Shown here: positions 37,954 through 47,267 of the stretch, piece by piece
Layout: each line of letters opens with the position of its first letter
Numbering within the stretch: the stretch's first letter is position 1
DNA from: an uncultured Acidimicrobiia bacterium
GTDB taxonomy: Bacteria; Actinomycetota; Acidimicrobiia; Spongiisociales; UBA5794
Length of the DNA: 64,000 bases
Reading direction: 5' to 3'
Assembly: GCA_963714375.1 (NCBI GenBank)
Contig: CAVQOG010000006.1
Coordinates: forward strand, 287,603-351,602
Notes under the pieces: generated by a model
The model's database searches: none
What the model was told of the DNA's origin: nothing
The model's input: only the letters and a program-made list of their open reading frames with translations
Program-made: the position numbers and the translations under genes

Positions 37954-40185
37954 ATGCGCGAACGAGACGAATCCGTACTTCACGAGATCCTTCCCCCGGA
38001 GGAACGGGCGATTGAAGCCGTCGTCGCTCGCTATCAGCGGGTCGCGCCAGCGGTAACCCGATTTGCCAGGTCGCTTGCTGGCAACGAGGAACTCCAGGTG
38101 CGCCTCGGCACGCAAGCCGCCTCCACGCCCGAAACGATCGTTATCGACCCTCGATCATTTCAGACTGCATATGCACGCTCGGCACCCGTCACACCGGCCG
38201 AGGTTGCACTGACATCCGCACTCCACGAAGTCATCCATCTCATAGCCACCGACCTCGACGAGGAACGTCCGATTCCCAAGGAGTGGCTCGCGTTTGCCAC
38301 AACCGTCGAGGAAGACCCTGACCTTGAACACGAGGGACCGATGGTTCCCGTCGGCCTGTTCCAGCTCGGAGAGATGGATGACGACCTCATTCGGCCGGAC
38401 CTCGAGGAAGACGACATCGACTTCGGCGACGGAGAGGCGACGGACGCACGCGCTGTCTCGGTTCTCGACGCACTCCACACCATCGGTGGACCAGCTGCCG
38501 AAGCACTCTTCTTTGCCATCGAAGATGCCAGACAAGAACGCATCCATTTCGATGCGTATCCGGGTGCCGGATCAGTCCTCAAGGACCTCTACCGCACATC
38601 GGTTGGCCACGCCATGGGGAATGCAAGGCCACTTGGTCAGTTTGCGCTCGCATGCTTCATGATCGTTGGGGGGCATGAGGAGCGAGACCTCATGCAGAAG
38701 CGTCTACCGGCAAATGTCGCGGTAGCGATCGACGACGCCATGGGATTCTTGGATCCCGTATTCGATGTCGATGACGCATGGTCGATCGGAACGATCGCTC
38801 TTCAGCTGCTGTCAGTCGCCAAACTGCACAACCTCGTGCAGGAAGGCGCGGCCACTTCGAGCCAGAAACAACTCCAGGACGAGGTTGACGGGGCGGCCAT
38901 ATCCGAGACCGTTGACGCGGTTCGGATGGTGACACCGTCCCTCGCTGATCGCGAGTCCTACGACCAGACGCGACAAGCTGCTCAAGCCGTCAGCGCTCAG
39001 GACGGAGTCAAGGGCGAAGCTGATCAGGCTGGCGATCCCGCTACCGACCAGATCATGAAAGTCTCGACTGCCCCGACAATCTTCCTCCCCTCGGGTCAGG
39101 GCGGCAAGCTCCTTGTTACCGATCTTCCCTCCGGGTTTGCTGCGTTCGCACCGCAGGGCCGCGAGATGCTTGAGAAAGCGAGCGCCGACTGGGGTGTGGC
39201 CCAGCATCGGGTGTCTGGTGAGCTGTATCCGCTGTTCCTCGCAAACCAGCGGCGTGGCTTGCGCTCTGGGTTCGACGCGGGTGACCTCTCTCCCTACACC
39301 CCGCTCCTGCTTGGTGCTGGTCTCTATGAACGCATGTTCGAACGTCGCGACCTTCCGTCTCGACGCTCGTATGCGGTGAGCCTGCTCGTCGACGGATCGG
39401 CATCAATGCTCCAGCCTCGAGAGACCGGAGGGAGAAAGGCACCGTGGGCGATGGCTGCCGCACTGCTTGGTGCGTGGACACTTGCCAAGCTTGCAGATGA
39501 GCTCCAACTCGATTTTGAGGTTGCAATCTTCAATCGTTCGTTTGCAGCCAAACGCGACGACACCGAGTTCACGTACCGCGACATCCGTTCGAAAGCGACC
39601 GCAGGGCTTCGCCAATCCCAGGGCGGCAATGCCGAACGGCTCACGCGAACCGTCAACCATTATCTCGTCAAGGGATTCAACGATCGGTGGCGAAAGAGTG
39701 AGGACGTCCTCGCCGGTCTCTTCTTCACCGCCGCCGCTCCTCAGGAGGCGGCACGAGAGGCTCGGAAGGATCCGAAAACCGCCCCGCCAGTGTCCATGTT
39801 CGACAAAGCGGCAAACGTGGACGAATTCAACGTGGCACACGCCGCAGAACGACTTGCCGGCCAACACGCGTCGCACCGAATCATGGTGGTGCTCGCAGAC
39901 GGCATGACCAGAGGCTCCGTTCAAGCCCTCGCTGAAACCGTTGCTGATGTCGAACGCGGCGGTGCGACCGTCCTTGGAATCGGTATCGGCGATGACACCG
40001 TTCGAGCGGCTTATTCGCGAGCACAAGTCGTTGAGCAACCGCTGCAACTCGCTGCAGCGATGGTCGAAGGTGTGCGTTCAACGCTGTACAAGTCAATTGC
40101 CGCATCGGGAGTCGATTCCTGGTGGGCGCACGAGGGGGAACGAGTTCTTATGGATCACATGGCAACAGGAGCAATCAATGGCTAA
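37954..40185 (+). CDS. large HExxH-motif / von Willebrand factor A (VWA) domain protein
   Basis: C-terminal VWA with MIDAS motif (SLLVDGSASM ... VVLADGMT). N-terminal region carries LHEVIHL (HExxH), resembling the putative-metallopeptidase + VWA architecture of MoxR partner proteins. Start placed at MRERDES to avoid overlapping arfB. Confidence 0.65.
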   Translation: MRERDESVLHEILPPEERAIEAVVARYQRVAPAVTRFARSLAGNEELQVRLGTQAASTPETIVIDPRSFQTAYARSAPVTPAEVALTSALHEVIHLIATDLDEERPIPKEWLAFATTVEEDPDLEHEGPMVPVGLFQLGEMDDDLIRPDLEEDDIDFGDGEATDARAVSVLDALHTIGGPAAEALFFAIEDARQERIHFDAYPGAGSVLKDLYRTSVGHAMGNARPLGQFALACFMIVGGHEERDLMQKRLPANVAVAIDDAMGFLDPVFDVDDAWSIGTIALQLLSVAKLHNLVQEGAATSSQKQLQDEVDGAAISETVDAVRMVTPSLADRESYDQTRQAAQAVSAQDGVKGEADQAGDPATDQIMKVSTAPTIFLPSGQGGKLLVTDLPSGFAAFAPQGREMLEKASADWGVAQHRVSGELYPLFLANQRRGLRSGFDAGDLSPYTPLLLGAGLYERMFERRDLPSRRSYAVSLLVDGSASMLQPRETGGRKAPWAMAAALLGAWTLAKLADELQLDFEVAIFNRSFAAKRDDTEFTYRDIRSKATAGLRQSQGGNAERLTRTVNHYLVKGFNDRWRKSEDVLAGLFFTAAAPQEAAREARKDPKTAPPVSMFDKAANVDEFNVAHAAERLAGQHASHRIMVVLADGMTRGSVQALAETVADVERGGATVLGIGIGDDTVRAAYSRAQVVEQPLQLAAAMVEGVRSTLYKSIAASGVDSWWAHEGERVLMDHMATGAING

Positions 40186-41170
40186 GACCGTCACATTCAC
40201 CGACCCAACCGGCGCTGGAGCCGATGTTGAACTGCCGATCACCGAGGTCTCAAAGGATCTCGATGACTATGCGTCGCGGATGGATCACATTCCGACCGTG
40301 GACGGGTTCTACATCGACCTCGGCATGCAATACCAGCTTGCGCGGCTCGAACAGATTCGGCGTTCGCACTTCACGGACAGCCCACTCCACCTTGCACTGC
40401 GAGGTCACATGGGAACGGGAAAGGACCACGACCTCGAGCAGTTTGCTGCGATGCTCAAGACTCCGTACTACCGGATCCCCCTGACGGGCGAGGTTCGCGA
40501 CATCACGTTGATAGGTTCTGTGAAGCTCCACGGTGACGGAAAGGGCGGGACGGAGAGCCGCTGGCAGGATGGCGACATGACCCGTGCGTTGCGAGGACCA
40601 GCGCTTGTCAACCTGTCTGAGCTGAACGCTGCCGGAGCTGAGACCCTCTTCGCTCTCCATGGCCTCCTCGACCGTCACAGAGCGCTGGAGTTGCCGACCG
40701 GTGAGATGGTGCGACTGCGTGACGATGTTCGCATCTTCGGCACACTCAACCCAACCGACCTGCGCGACTACGCAGGCACACAGACCCTCAACAAGGCCTT
40801 CGCCGATCGCTGGATCATCTGGGAGAAACTGTTCCCTGGCGAGGATGATCTCGTCCTGATGATCGAACGTCGCCATCCGGACATGACCCCCAAGGTGCGG
40901 GAACTACTCACGAAGCTTGCTGTTGAAATCAACACATCGTTCTCGGCCGGCGACTCACGTACGCGAGTTGAGACACCAATGTCGCTCCGTACCGTCCTCG
41001 ATCGCTACCCAGCCGGGTTGCGGATGTATGCAGACCGCGAGGATCCGATGCGTTGGGCATGGCAGGAGTTCATCCTCCCTCACATCGATCAGTACGACCG
41101 CGATCACTATGAGACCGTGTGGTCAGCCGTCGTCAGGAAGGGCCCCGCCGGCGACCCCTTCGGCGGATAG
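40178..41170 (+). CDS. AAA_5/MoxR-like ATPase with non-canonical Walker motifs
   Basis: GHMGTGKD (Walker A with Asp where Ser/Thr is expected). ALVNLSELNAA in the Walker B / LDEINRA position. VRIFGTLNPTD sensor-1 region. The ATG overlaps the upstream gene's stop by 8 nt (ATGGCTAA). Confidence 0.7.
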   Translation: MAKTVTFTDPTGAGADVELPITEVSKDLDDYASRMDHIPTVDGFYIDLGMQYQLARLEQIRRSHFTDSPLHLALRGHMGTGKDHDLEQFAAMLKTPYYRIPLTGEVRDITLIGSVKLHGDGKGGTESRWQDGDMTRALRGPALVNLSELNAAGAETLFALHGLLDRHRALELPTGEMVRLRDDVRIFGTLNPTDLRDYAGTQTLNKAFADRWIIWEKLFPGEDDLVLMIERRHPDMTPKVRELLTKLAVEINTSFSAGDSRTRVETPMSLRTVLDRYPAGLRMYADREDPMRWAWQEFILPHIDQYDRDHYETVWSAVVRKGPAGDPFGG

Positions 41171-41201
41171 ACATCGCCACCCGAGGACCAGCTGACGAGG
41201 A

Positions 41202-42317
41202 TCATGGCTCGTGTTGCGTCTTGCGCGTCAGTCGTCGTCGGTGTGGTGGTGAATCGTGGTCGATGTGGTAGCCGTTGGTGTGTATGGCGATGTGGTGGTG
41301 GTACCAGCACAGTGTGGTGAGGTTGTCAGGTTCATGGCTGCCATCGTGGGACCATGGGATGATGTGGTGGGGTTCGAGGCGGTATTTGCTTTGGCATCCG
41401 TCGATGGTGCAGCCACTGTCACGGAACAGGACACTGTCACGGATCGCTTTCGGGATGGCGCGTGCGGAACGTGAGGTCACGACTGGCTTGCCTCGTGTGT
41501 CGAGACCGATCACACGAACCGTGCCCCCACACAGCAGCGCTTCGAGGGTTTCGGGTCCGACCCGTGGGCCGCTGGGAATTTCGGCCGTGTAGCCACCAGC
41601 CATGTTGACCGTATCAGTGCGTGCATCGACAAACACGGTCACTTGGCCAGACATTGCGCTGTCGACCCCTGTGGTATCACCACTGAGGGAGTCCTGCATC
41701 AATGCCACCAACGCATCGGCTTGGCGTTGACCTCGTGAGGATTGTTCTGCACCCACAAGAAGTCGGAGTTCGTCAGCTTTTTGGGCAATGGCCTTGTCGA
41801 CAATGCGTCCCATCAATCCTGGTAGCCGTCCATGGATCGTCCATGCGCCTTCGTCAAGGGACGGCTGGATCGTGAAATGACGATCAGCGTGTTCTTTGCG
41901 TTCATCGCCTGCTGTCATGTGTCGGCGACGGACCCGCATCTTGCGCAGATCCTCCAAATTGAGTCCCCCGGTTTCGAGTGCTTCAGCTTCGGTGGCACCG
42001 GCCTCAACAAAGCGGTGCATCTCAACAACCCGATCAAACGTCGCACCCCCATATCCCAACCGGCGTTGGATCCCACGACACTTGACACCGTTGCGAGCCG
42101 CTGTCACCAAACCAGCTGCAGTCGTCTTTGAAACATCAAGATGCGACTGAACCCACTCGCCAAGAGTGCGTGACGCGTCACTGCGATGAGCGTTGATCTT
42201 GGCCAACTCGTTGACGATCGTCACCTGCTCAGCACGACGCTCAGAAATCTCAGCCTCAAGAACAACCAGACGCTTTCCAAGCTCTGAAACTGAAAACGGT
42301 GCAAACAAACTTCCCAT
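41202..42317 (-). CDS. DUF222 + HNH endonuclease protein (REP13E12-type repetitive/mobile gene family of actinobacteria)
   Basis: C-terminal HNH signature CTIDGC...EPHHIIPWSHDGSHEPDNLTTLCWYHHHIAIH and a DUF222-like N-terminal region. Confidence 0.8.
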   Translation of the reverse strand: MGSLFAPFSVSELGKRLVVLEAEISERRAEQVTIVNELAKINAHRSDASRTLGEWVQSHLDVSKTTAAGLVTAARNGVKCRGIQRRLGYGGATFDRVVEMHRFVEAGATEAEALETGGLNLEDLRKMRVRRRHMTAGDERKEHADRHFTIQPSLDEGAWTIHGRLPGLMGRIVDKAIAQKADELRLLVGAEQSSRGQRQADALVALMQDSLSGDTTGVDSAMSGQVTVFVDARTDTVNMAGGYTAEIPSGPRVGPETLEALLCGGTVRVIGLDTRGKPVVTSRSARAIPKAIRDSVLFRDSGCTIDGCQSKYRLEPHHIIPWSHDGSHEPDNLTTLCWYHHHIAIHTNGYHIDHDSPPHRRRLTRKTQHEP

Positions 42318-42386
42318 ACCAACAACGTACCAGCGGCGTATGACAGATCCTCAGAGATCAGACGTCAGAAGTCAGAAGCGGGCTGC

Positions 42387-42872
42387 TCAGTCGCGGAAGT
42401 TGATGTATTGGAGCGGGAGTCGGAAGTCGAGCCCTTTCACTGCAGCAATCACGTCTTGGAGGTCATCGCGTTTCTTGCCCGAGATTCGCAACTGATCGCC
42501 TTGGATCGCAACCTGGACCTTGAGTTTCTCGTCCTTGATGAACTTGGTGAGTTCCTTGGCCGCGTCCTGGGCGATTCCTTGGTTGAGGTCGAACGCGGCC
42601 TGGTATCGGCCACCAGCGATCTCCTTTGGCTCTCCCCCACCGATCGACTTGAGACTCACGTTTCGTTTCACCAGCTTGGTCTTGAGGACGTCGACGGCGG
42701 CCGCCAGGCGACCATCTGAGTCGGACTCGACCACGATCCCGTCGTCGGTGAGCTTCACGGTTGAGGACGTCCCTTTGAAGTCGTAGCGGTTCACGATTTC
42801 ACGGGAAGCCTGGTCAACGGCGTTGCGGACTTCCTGTATGTCTACCTGGGAAACGATGTCGAATGAGGGCAT
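42387..42872 (-). CDS. yajQ: YajQ-family cyclic-di-GMP/nucleotide-binding protein (UPF0234)
   Basis: MPSFDIVSQVDIQEVRNAVDQ N-terminus and 161-aa length are diagnostic. Confidence 0.85.
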   Translation of the reverse strand: MPSFDIVSQVDIQEVRNAVDQASREIVNRYDFKGTSSTVKLTDDGIVVESDSDGRLAAAVDVLKTKLVKRNVSLKSIGGGEPKEIAGGRYQAAFDLNQGIAQDAAKELTKFIKDEKLKVQVAIQGDQLRISGKKRDDLQDVIAAVKGLDFRLPLQYINFRD

Positions 42873-43018
42873 GTCTCCAGCCTAACGACCGAAGGCGCAT
42901 CTCACATCGAGCGAGTCACCCCAATGGACGACCACAACTCCCGACATATCGGTACTACCGAGGCTGCAGCGTTGCCTCGGTGGTGACAACGGACGCACAA
43001 GGCAACTACCTTGGTGTC

Positions 43019-44068
43019 ATGACAGACAAACCAACCCCCCTGTCTCTCGACGCCCAGATTGCCGAACTCATCAGTCGCGTCGTTCCGGTCGGGTCGAATG
43101 GAACAAGGGACCAAGACCTTGTCCACGAGATCATCAATACAGCGCTCAAACTCGTGAAGGACAACACGGACCGGGGCGACGTGAAGATCATGAATACCGC
43201 CCTGAAGGAGTTGCGATACTCATTCCTGGTATTCGACCCCTACCGCGACTACCCGAAGGTCGCTGTGTATGGATCAGCAAGAACCGATCCCTCGGAGGCG
43301 AACTACAAGCTCGCCGAGGAGTTCGGACGGCGAATGGCACAGGACCACAACTGGATGGTGATCACCGGAGCCGGTCCGGGGATCATGGAGGCAGCCAACA
43401 AGGGAGCTGGCTCCGAAGCAAGTTTCGGGGTCAACATCAGGCTGCCCTTCGAGGCAGGGGCAAACGAATATCTCTCGCCGGGGAAAGTCATCAACTTCAA
43501 GTATTTCTTCACCCGAAAAGTACAGTTCGTCAAGGAGTCCAACGCCTTCGCCCTCTTCCCCGGAGGATTCGGAACCATGGACGAAACGTTCGAACTTCTC
43601 ACGTTGATCCAAACGGGGAAGTCCGACATGCATCCGATCGTGATGCTCGACGCTGACGGAACCGGCTACTGGGACGCATGGGTATCGATGTGTCACGTAC
43701 TCGAACAACAGGGAATGATCTCCCCCCATGATGCAAACCTCTACAAGGTGGCCGCCAACCTGGACGAAGCTATCGACGAAATAGTCAGCTTTTTCCGGGT
43801 CTACCACTCACAGCGGTATGTGAATGGAAAGTTGGTTCTGCGACTCAATTCTGAGATCCCTGATGACCTGGTCGCGACGTTGTCGTCTGAATACGCTGAC
43901 ATCATCCCGAGCGGCGCGATCACCAAGGTGCCAACGAGCCAGGCGGAGATCGATACGGACGATGTTGTCAATCTCCCACGTATCTCGTTCGATTACGACC
44001 GCCGAAGTTTTGGTCGCCTTCGTGCCCTCATCGACGACCTGAATGCTGCAGGATCCGACACGTCCTGA
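43019..44068 (+). CDS. LOG-family protein (TIGR00730; PpnN-like nucleotide 5'-monophosphate nucleosidase)
   Basis: Central LOG motifs (VYGSART..., ITGAGPGIMEAANKGA, PGGFGTMDE) with N- and C-terminal extension domains as in PpnN. Start placed at MTDKPT (43019). Confidence 0.78.
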   Translation: MTDKPTPLSLDAQIAELISRVVPVGSNGTRDQDLVHEIINTALKLVKDNTDRGDVKIMNTALKELRYSFLVFDPYRDYPKVAVYGSARTDPSEANYKLAEEFGRRMAQDHNWMVITGAGPGIMEAANKGAGSEASFGVNIRLPFEAGANEYLSPGKVINFKYFFTRKVQFVKESNAFALFPGGFGTMDETFELLTLIQTGKSDMHPIVMLDADGTGYWDAWVSMCHVLEQQGMISPHDANLYKVAANLDEAIDEIVSFFRVYHSQRYVNGKLVLRLNSEIPDDLVATLSSEYADIIPSGAITKVPTSQAEIDTDDVVNLPRISFDYDRRSFGRLRALIDDLNAAGSDTS

Positions 44069-44104
44069 GTCCGGCAAGCGCTCCACGTACGGTAGAATCT
44101 GCCG

Positions 44105-44887
44105 ATGCGCGAGATTCTCTCTGACTTGGTTGCCGAACAGCAACAACTGGACCAATTCCTCCAGACACTGCGAGTTCGCCAGTGGCCCCTTGAGACCGCC
44201 GCCGCTGGATGGAGCATTCAGGACACGGTCAGTCACCTCGCGTTCACCGAAGCATTTGCCGCGGAGGTGCTCGATCAAGGTGCTGCGCGAATCAAGGCCG
44301 AAAAGATCACGGACATCGACGAGTGGACCCAGCGAGGCGTCGAGCAGGGCCGCGGACGCAGACATCAAGAGATCATCGAGTGGTGGCGCTTCGGGAGAGC
44401 CGATGTTGTCGAGGCGCTTTCACGGATGGTGGCAACCGATCGTGTTGCATGGCTGCACGGCGAAATGAGTGCGCGTTCGTTCGCATCAACCCGTCTGATG
44501 GAAACGTGGGCCCACGGTCTCGATGTGAAGATGGCGATTCTTGGACGAATCGAACCCCTTCCGGAACCACCCGAAGAGGACGAGGATCCTGATCCGCTTG
44601 CCGACACCGCCCGCCTTCGACATATCGCTTCCCTCGGACAGCGAACGCTTCCCTTTGCTTTCGAACAGGCCGGAGAGGAATTCCCCGAGTCGGGAATCCG
44701 GGTAGAGGTGATGGGACCCCTGTATGCGGCTTGGCGCTTCGGACCAGAGGACACCGACCAGGTCATCAAGGGCATGGCGGGTGACTGGTGCCGAGTAGTC
44801 GTTCAGCGACAGGCCGCCGAAGACACCGGACTCCAAGCGGTCGGCGAACATGCCGAAAAGGCACTGCAGCTCGCCAGGGCGTACTGA
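44105..44887 (+). CDS. mycothiol-dependent maleylpyruvate-isomerase-like (TIGR03083, DinB_2) family protein
   Basis: N-terminal W..QD..SHLA metal-binding-type motif characteristic of the family. Confidence 0.72.
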   Translation: MREILSDLVAEQQQLDQFLQTLRVRQWPLETAAAGWSIQDTVSHLAFTEAFAAEVLDQGAARIKAEKITDIDEWTQRGVEQGRGRRHQEIIEWWRFGRADVVEALSRMVATDRVAWLHGEMSARSFASTRLMETWAHGLDVKMAILGRIEPLPEPPEEDEDPDPLADTARLRHIASLGQRTLPFAFEQAGEEFPESGIRVEVMGPLYAAWRFGPEDTDQVIKGMAGDWCRVVVQRQAAEDTGLQAVGEHAEKALQLARAY

Positions 44888-45157
44888 CGTCTCAGCTCTC
44901 CGCAATCGGGAACCCACCTGCGGAGGACTCCACGCATCCGTAATCGGCAATCGAACCGAAATCCGTAATCCGATCTCGTCTTACCCACAGAACCATGCAT
45001 AAGTCGATTTTGTCATTCGCTGAGTCCTCAACAGATGGTCGAGATATCTGCCAACGGCCCTTTGACACCAAGGGTTTTGACCACCCTCTACCTGGGGTTG
45101 AAGGTTCCTTCATGATCCACGCTCGGGATTCGTGTCCTTGCTACAAAGCGTTTACTG

Positions 45158-45586
45158 TTGCCTCTGATCGCCAATCATTGGACACTCGTGCCAGACCCCA
45201 TCGACAAGCTACTCGCTGAAGCCCGAGCGCTGAGCCACAAGATCAGTAGCCTTGGCCCTGATGATCAACGCGTTCCGGGCCTCATTGAACAGCGCGACGA
45301 ACTGCGAGTCCAGGCGCGACTGGCATTCGACAGCCACCGGCATCCCGAGGCGATCGCAACCCAGATCTCCGCACTCGAAGACAGACTTGCGGAGATCGAG
45401 TCCTTGAAGATTGGCGAGAGTTGGGCCGAACGTCGATCGGGACCCTACATCCAAGACCCGAGTGCATACAGCCACACCATCAACAAAGCCATCGGAGACG
45501 AATATGCCGACGAGATAGCCTCGATCACGACACAGCTTGCCCGGCTCCGGCAAGCCGCAAGCAATGCCGAGAGCGCTGGCACCTGA
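45158..45586 (+). CDS. hypothetical protein
   Basis: ORF with a TTG start in the track; an alternative in-frame GTG lies about 30 nt downstream. Preceded by an unusually long, lower-GC leader (44888-45157). No recognisable domain. Confidence 0.4.
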   Translation: MPLIANHWTLVPDPIDKLLAEARALSHKISSLGPDDQRVPGLIEQRDELRVQARLAFDSHRHPEAIATQISALEDRLAEIESLKIGESWAERRSGPYIQDPSAYSHTINKAIGDEYADEIASITTQLARLRQAASNAESAGT

Positions 45587-45621
45587 CACACGATGTCGAA
45601 ATCGAACCTAAGCTTGGGTCG

Positions 45622-46155
45622 ATGCATGTCCTCGTTGCCACAGCAGGTGCCCTCAGCCCGACTCCCGTTGTCGAGTTCGCCCGTCATCTCATCGGCGGCA
45701 CAGGTTCAGTAACCGTCGCAACCGTCGTTGAAGTGCCACGCTCCTTTCTCGAGGAGATCAACCAAGGTGACTGGCACCCGCTCCGGGAATCGAATGTCAC
45801 AACACCGAACGACACCGTGATCGCCCAATATCTCGAGGAGCGAGCTCACCGGCTGACCGAACCGCTCAGGCTTGCCCTTGAGAGGGCACGAATCCCGTGT
45901 GAGCTTCTCGTCCTTGAAGGCGAGGATGCCGCTGCAGCGATATCCATGGCAGCATCGGAACTCAATGCGGACGTTGTCATCTTGGGGGCGACGAAGCAGA
46001 TCTTTGACCGTGACGCGTGGGAATCGGTATCGAGCCGAGTGATGCTTGAGTCAGGAAAGGCAGTCCTTGTCGTTCCGGAGGCTCGCAAGGATCCTGACGA
46101 CGTCGAAAAGGTTGAGGATCTCGCTCAGGTCGTCGAGTCGAGCATCGTTACGTAG
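45622..46155 (+). CDS. universal stress protein (UspA family)
   Basis: Usp fold hallmarks: HVLVATAG N-terminus and C-terminal DVVILGATK...AVLVVP. Start placed at MHVLVA (45622). Confidence 0.72.
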   Translation: MHVLVATAGALSPTPVVEFARHLIGGTGSVTVATVVEVPRSFLEEINQGDWHPLRESNVTTPNDTVIAQYLEERAHRLTEPLRLALERARIPCELLVLEGEDAAAAISMAASELNADVVILGATKQIFDRDAWESVSSRVMLESGKAVLVVPEARKDPDDVEKVEDLAQVVESSIVT

Positions 46156-46679
46156 GCCACAAGCGCTGCCCATGAGGAGGGAACAAACCCACCACGATTG
46201 GTCACAAGCTCGTGCCTCACATCGGCAATCAGCCACCATCTGACATCTGTCGTGGCACCCGGCTCGGGTCTCGGTGTTCCCTCTCCGACAGCCACAAGGA
46301 CCGTGTGCGTGGCGGGAAACGCACCCTCAATGCCTGCAATGACGACGAGTGGTCGGACCGTTGATACTGAGCGCCGGTCGTCGATGCGGTCATCGATAAT
46401 GCCCTCCACGTGGACGAGAGCAACACCGGTTTCCTCAAATACCTCGCGGGTCACCGCAGCAGCAGGTGACTCGGCGGCAATCCACCGTCCACCTGGGATT
46501 TCGAAAAGACCACGCACCGACTCGATGGGTGAGTCGCGCCGCTGGAGCAAGATGTGGTCTCCCGAGCGATCTGTCACGACGGCGCGGATCACCGGAATCA
46601 TGACATTGTCAGGTCCACTCACGGGAACATCGACTTCGACATGGCGCGAACCATCCCACATCGTATGTCTTCCGGTCAT
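46125..46679 (-). CDS. NUDIX hydrolase
   Basis: NUDIX box GGRWIAAESPAAAVTREVFEETGV. Confidence 0.75.
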   Translation of the reverse strand: MTGRHTMWDGSRHVEVDVPVSGPDNVMIPVIRAVVTDRSGDHILLQRRDSPIESVRGLFEIPGGRWIAAESPAAAVTREVFEETGVALVHVEGIIDDRIDDRRSVSTVRPLVVIAGIEGAFPATHTVLVAVGEGTPRPEPGATTDVRWWLIADVRHELVTNRGGFVPSSWAALVAYVTMLDSTT

Positions 46680-46703
46680 TGTCGTCCGTTCACTGTCGTC
46701 CGT

Positions 46704-47267
46704 TCATGGTGCCACTTCACTCCTCACGCACTTGAGATCAGCGCCGTACCCAAGATCTCGAATGCTCTGTTCGAGCGTTGAGCACGCAGCCACCCAGACA
46801 GCTTGACCGTCGGCGAACGCAGAGCCAGCGAGTACCGCTCCGACGCCGTCGATCGAGGTGGTCCCATTGACCGCCGAGCGCAGTGCAGGCAAGGTGTCGT
46901 GGACAGTGCCGACGACATCGACATATCCATCGTGTGGCACGACCAGATCGCTCGGAGGCTCAAGTTCAGAAAGCGCATCGCGAAACCGACCAATCGTGCC
47001 GTCGAGTTGTGTGAGGTATCTCACCGTTTCCTCACGCACGAACACAGCCGCCTCTTCGATCGCGGTCGGGGCGCCGGCTGCCGCCAGTTCAGCGACCTTC
47101 CGTTCGACATCTCCTTGGTACTTGAGGGAGTTTGATTGTGATTCAGCGACATATACAGCAGCGGCGGCCGATACTTGCTCGGCGTATTCGTCGATCGGCA
47201 ACGCGGTATCGCTCGCGCAGGATGCGAGGCAGATCATTGCGGTGATCGCAATCACAGCAAGTCTCAT
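46704..47267 (-). CDS. hypothetical lipoprotein
   Basis: Signal peptide MRLAVIAITAMICLASCAS with lipobox. Stop overlaps the start of the upstream ABC exporter gene. Confidence 0.5.
   Translation of the reverse strand: MRLAVIAITAMICLASCASDTALPIDEYAEQVSAAAAVYVAESQSNSLKYQGDVERKVAELAAAGAPTAIEEAAVFVREETVRYLTQLDGTIGRFRDALSELEPPSDLVVPHDGYVDVVGTVHDTLPALRSAVNGTTSIDGVGAVLAGSAFADGQAVWVAACSTLEQSIRDLGYGADLKCVRSEVAP

Noticed and set aside
39941-40177. ORF-track 5' extension of the AAA ATPase gene
   Set aside because: This region is the 3' end of the VWA protein gene in a different frame. The ATG at 40178 with ATGGCTAA coupling is the real start.
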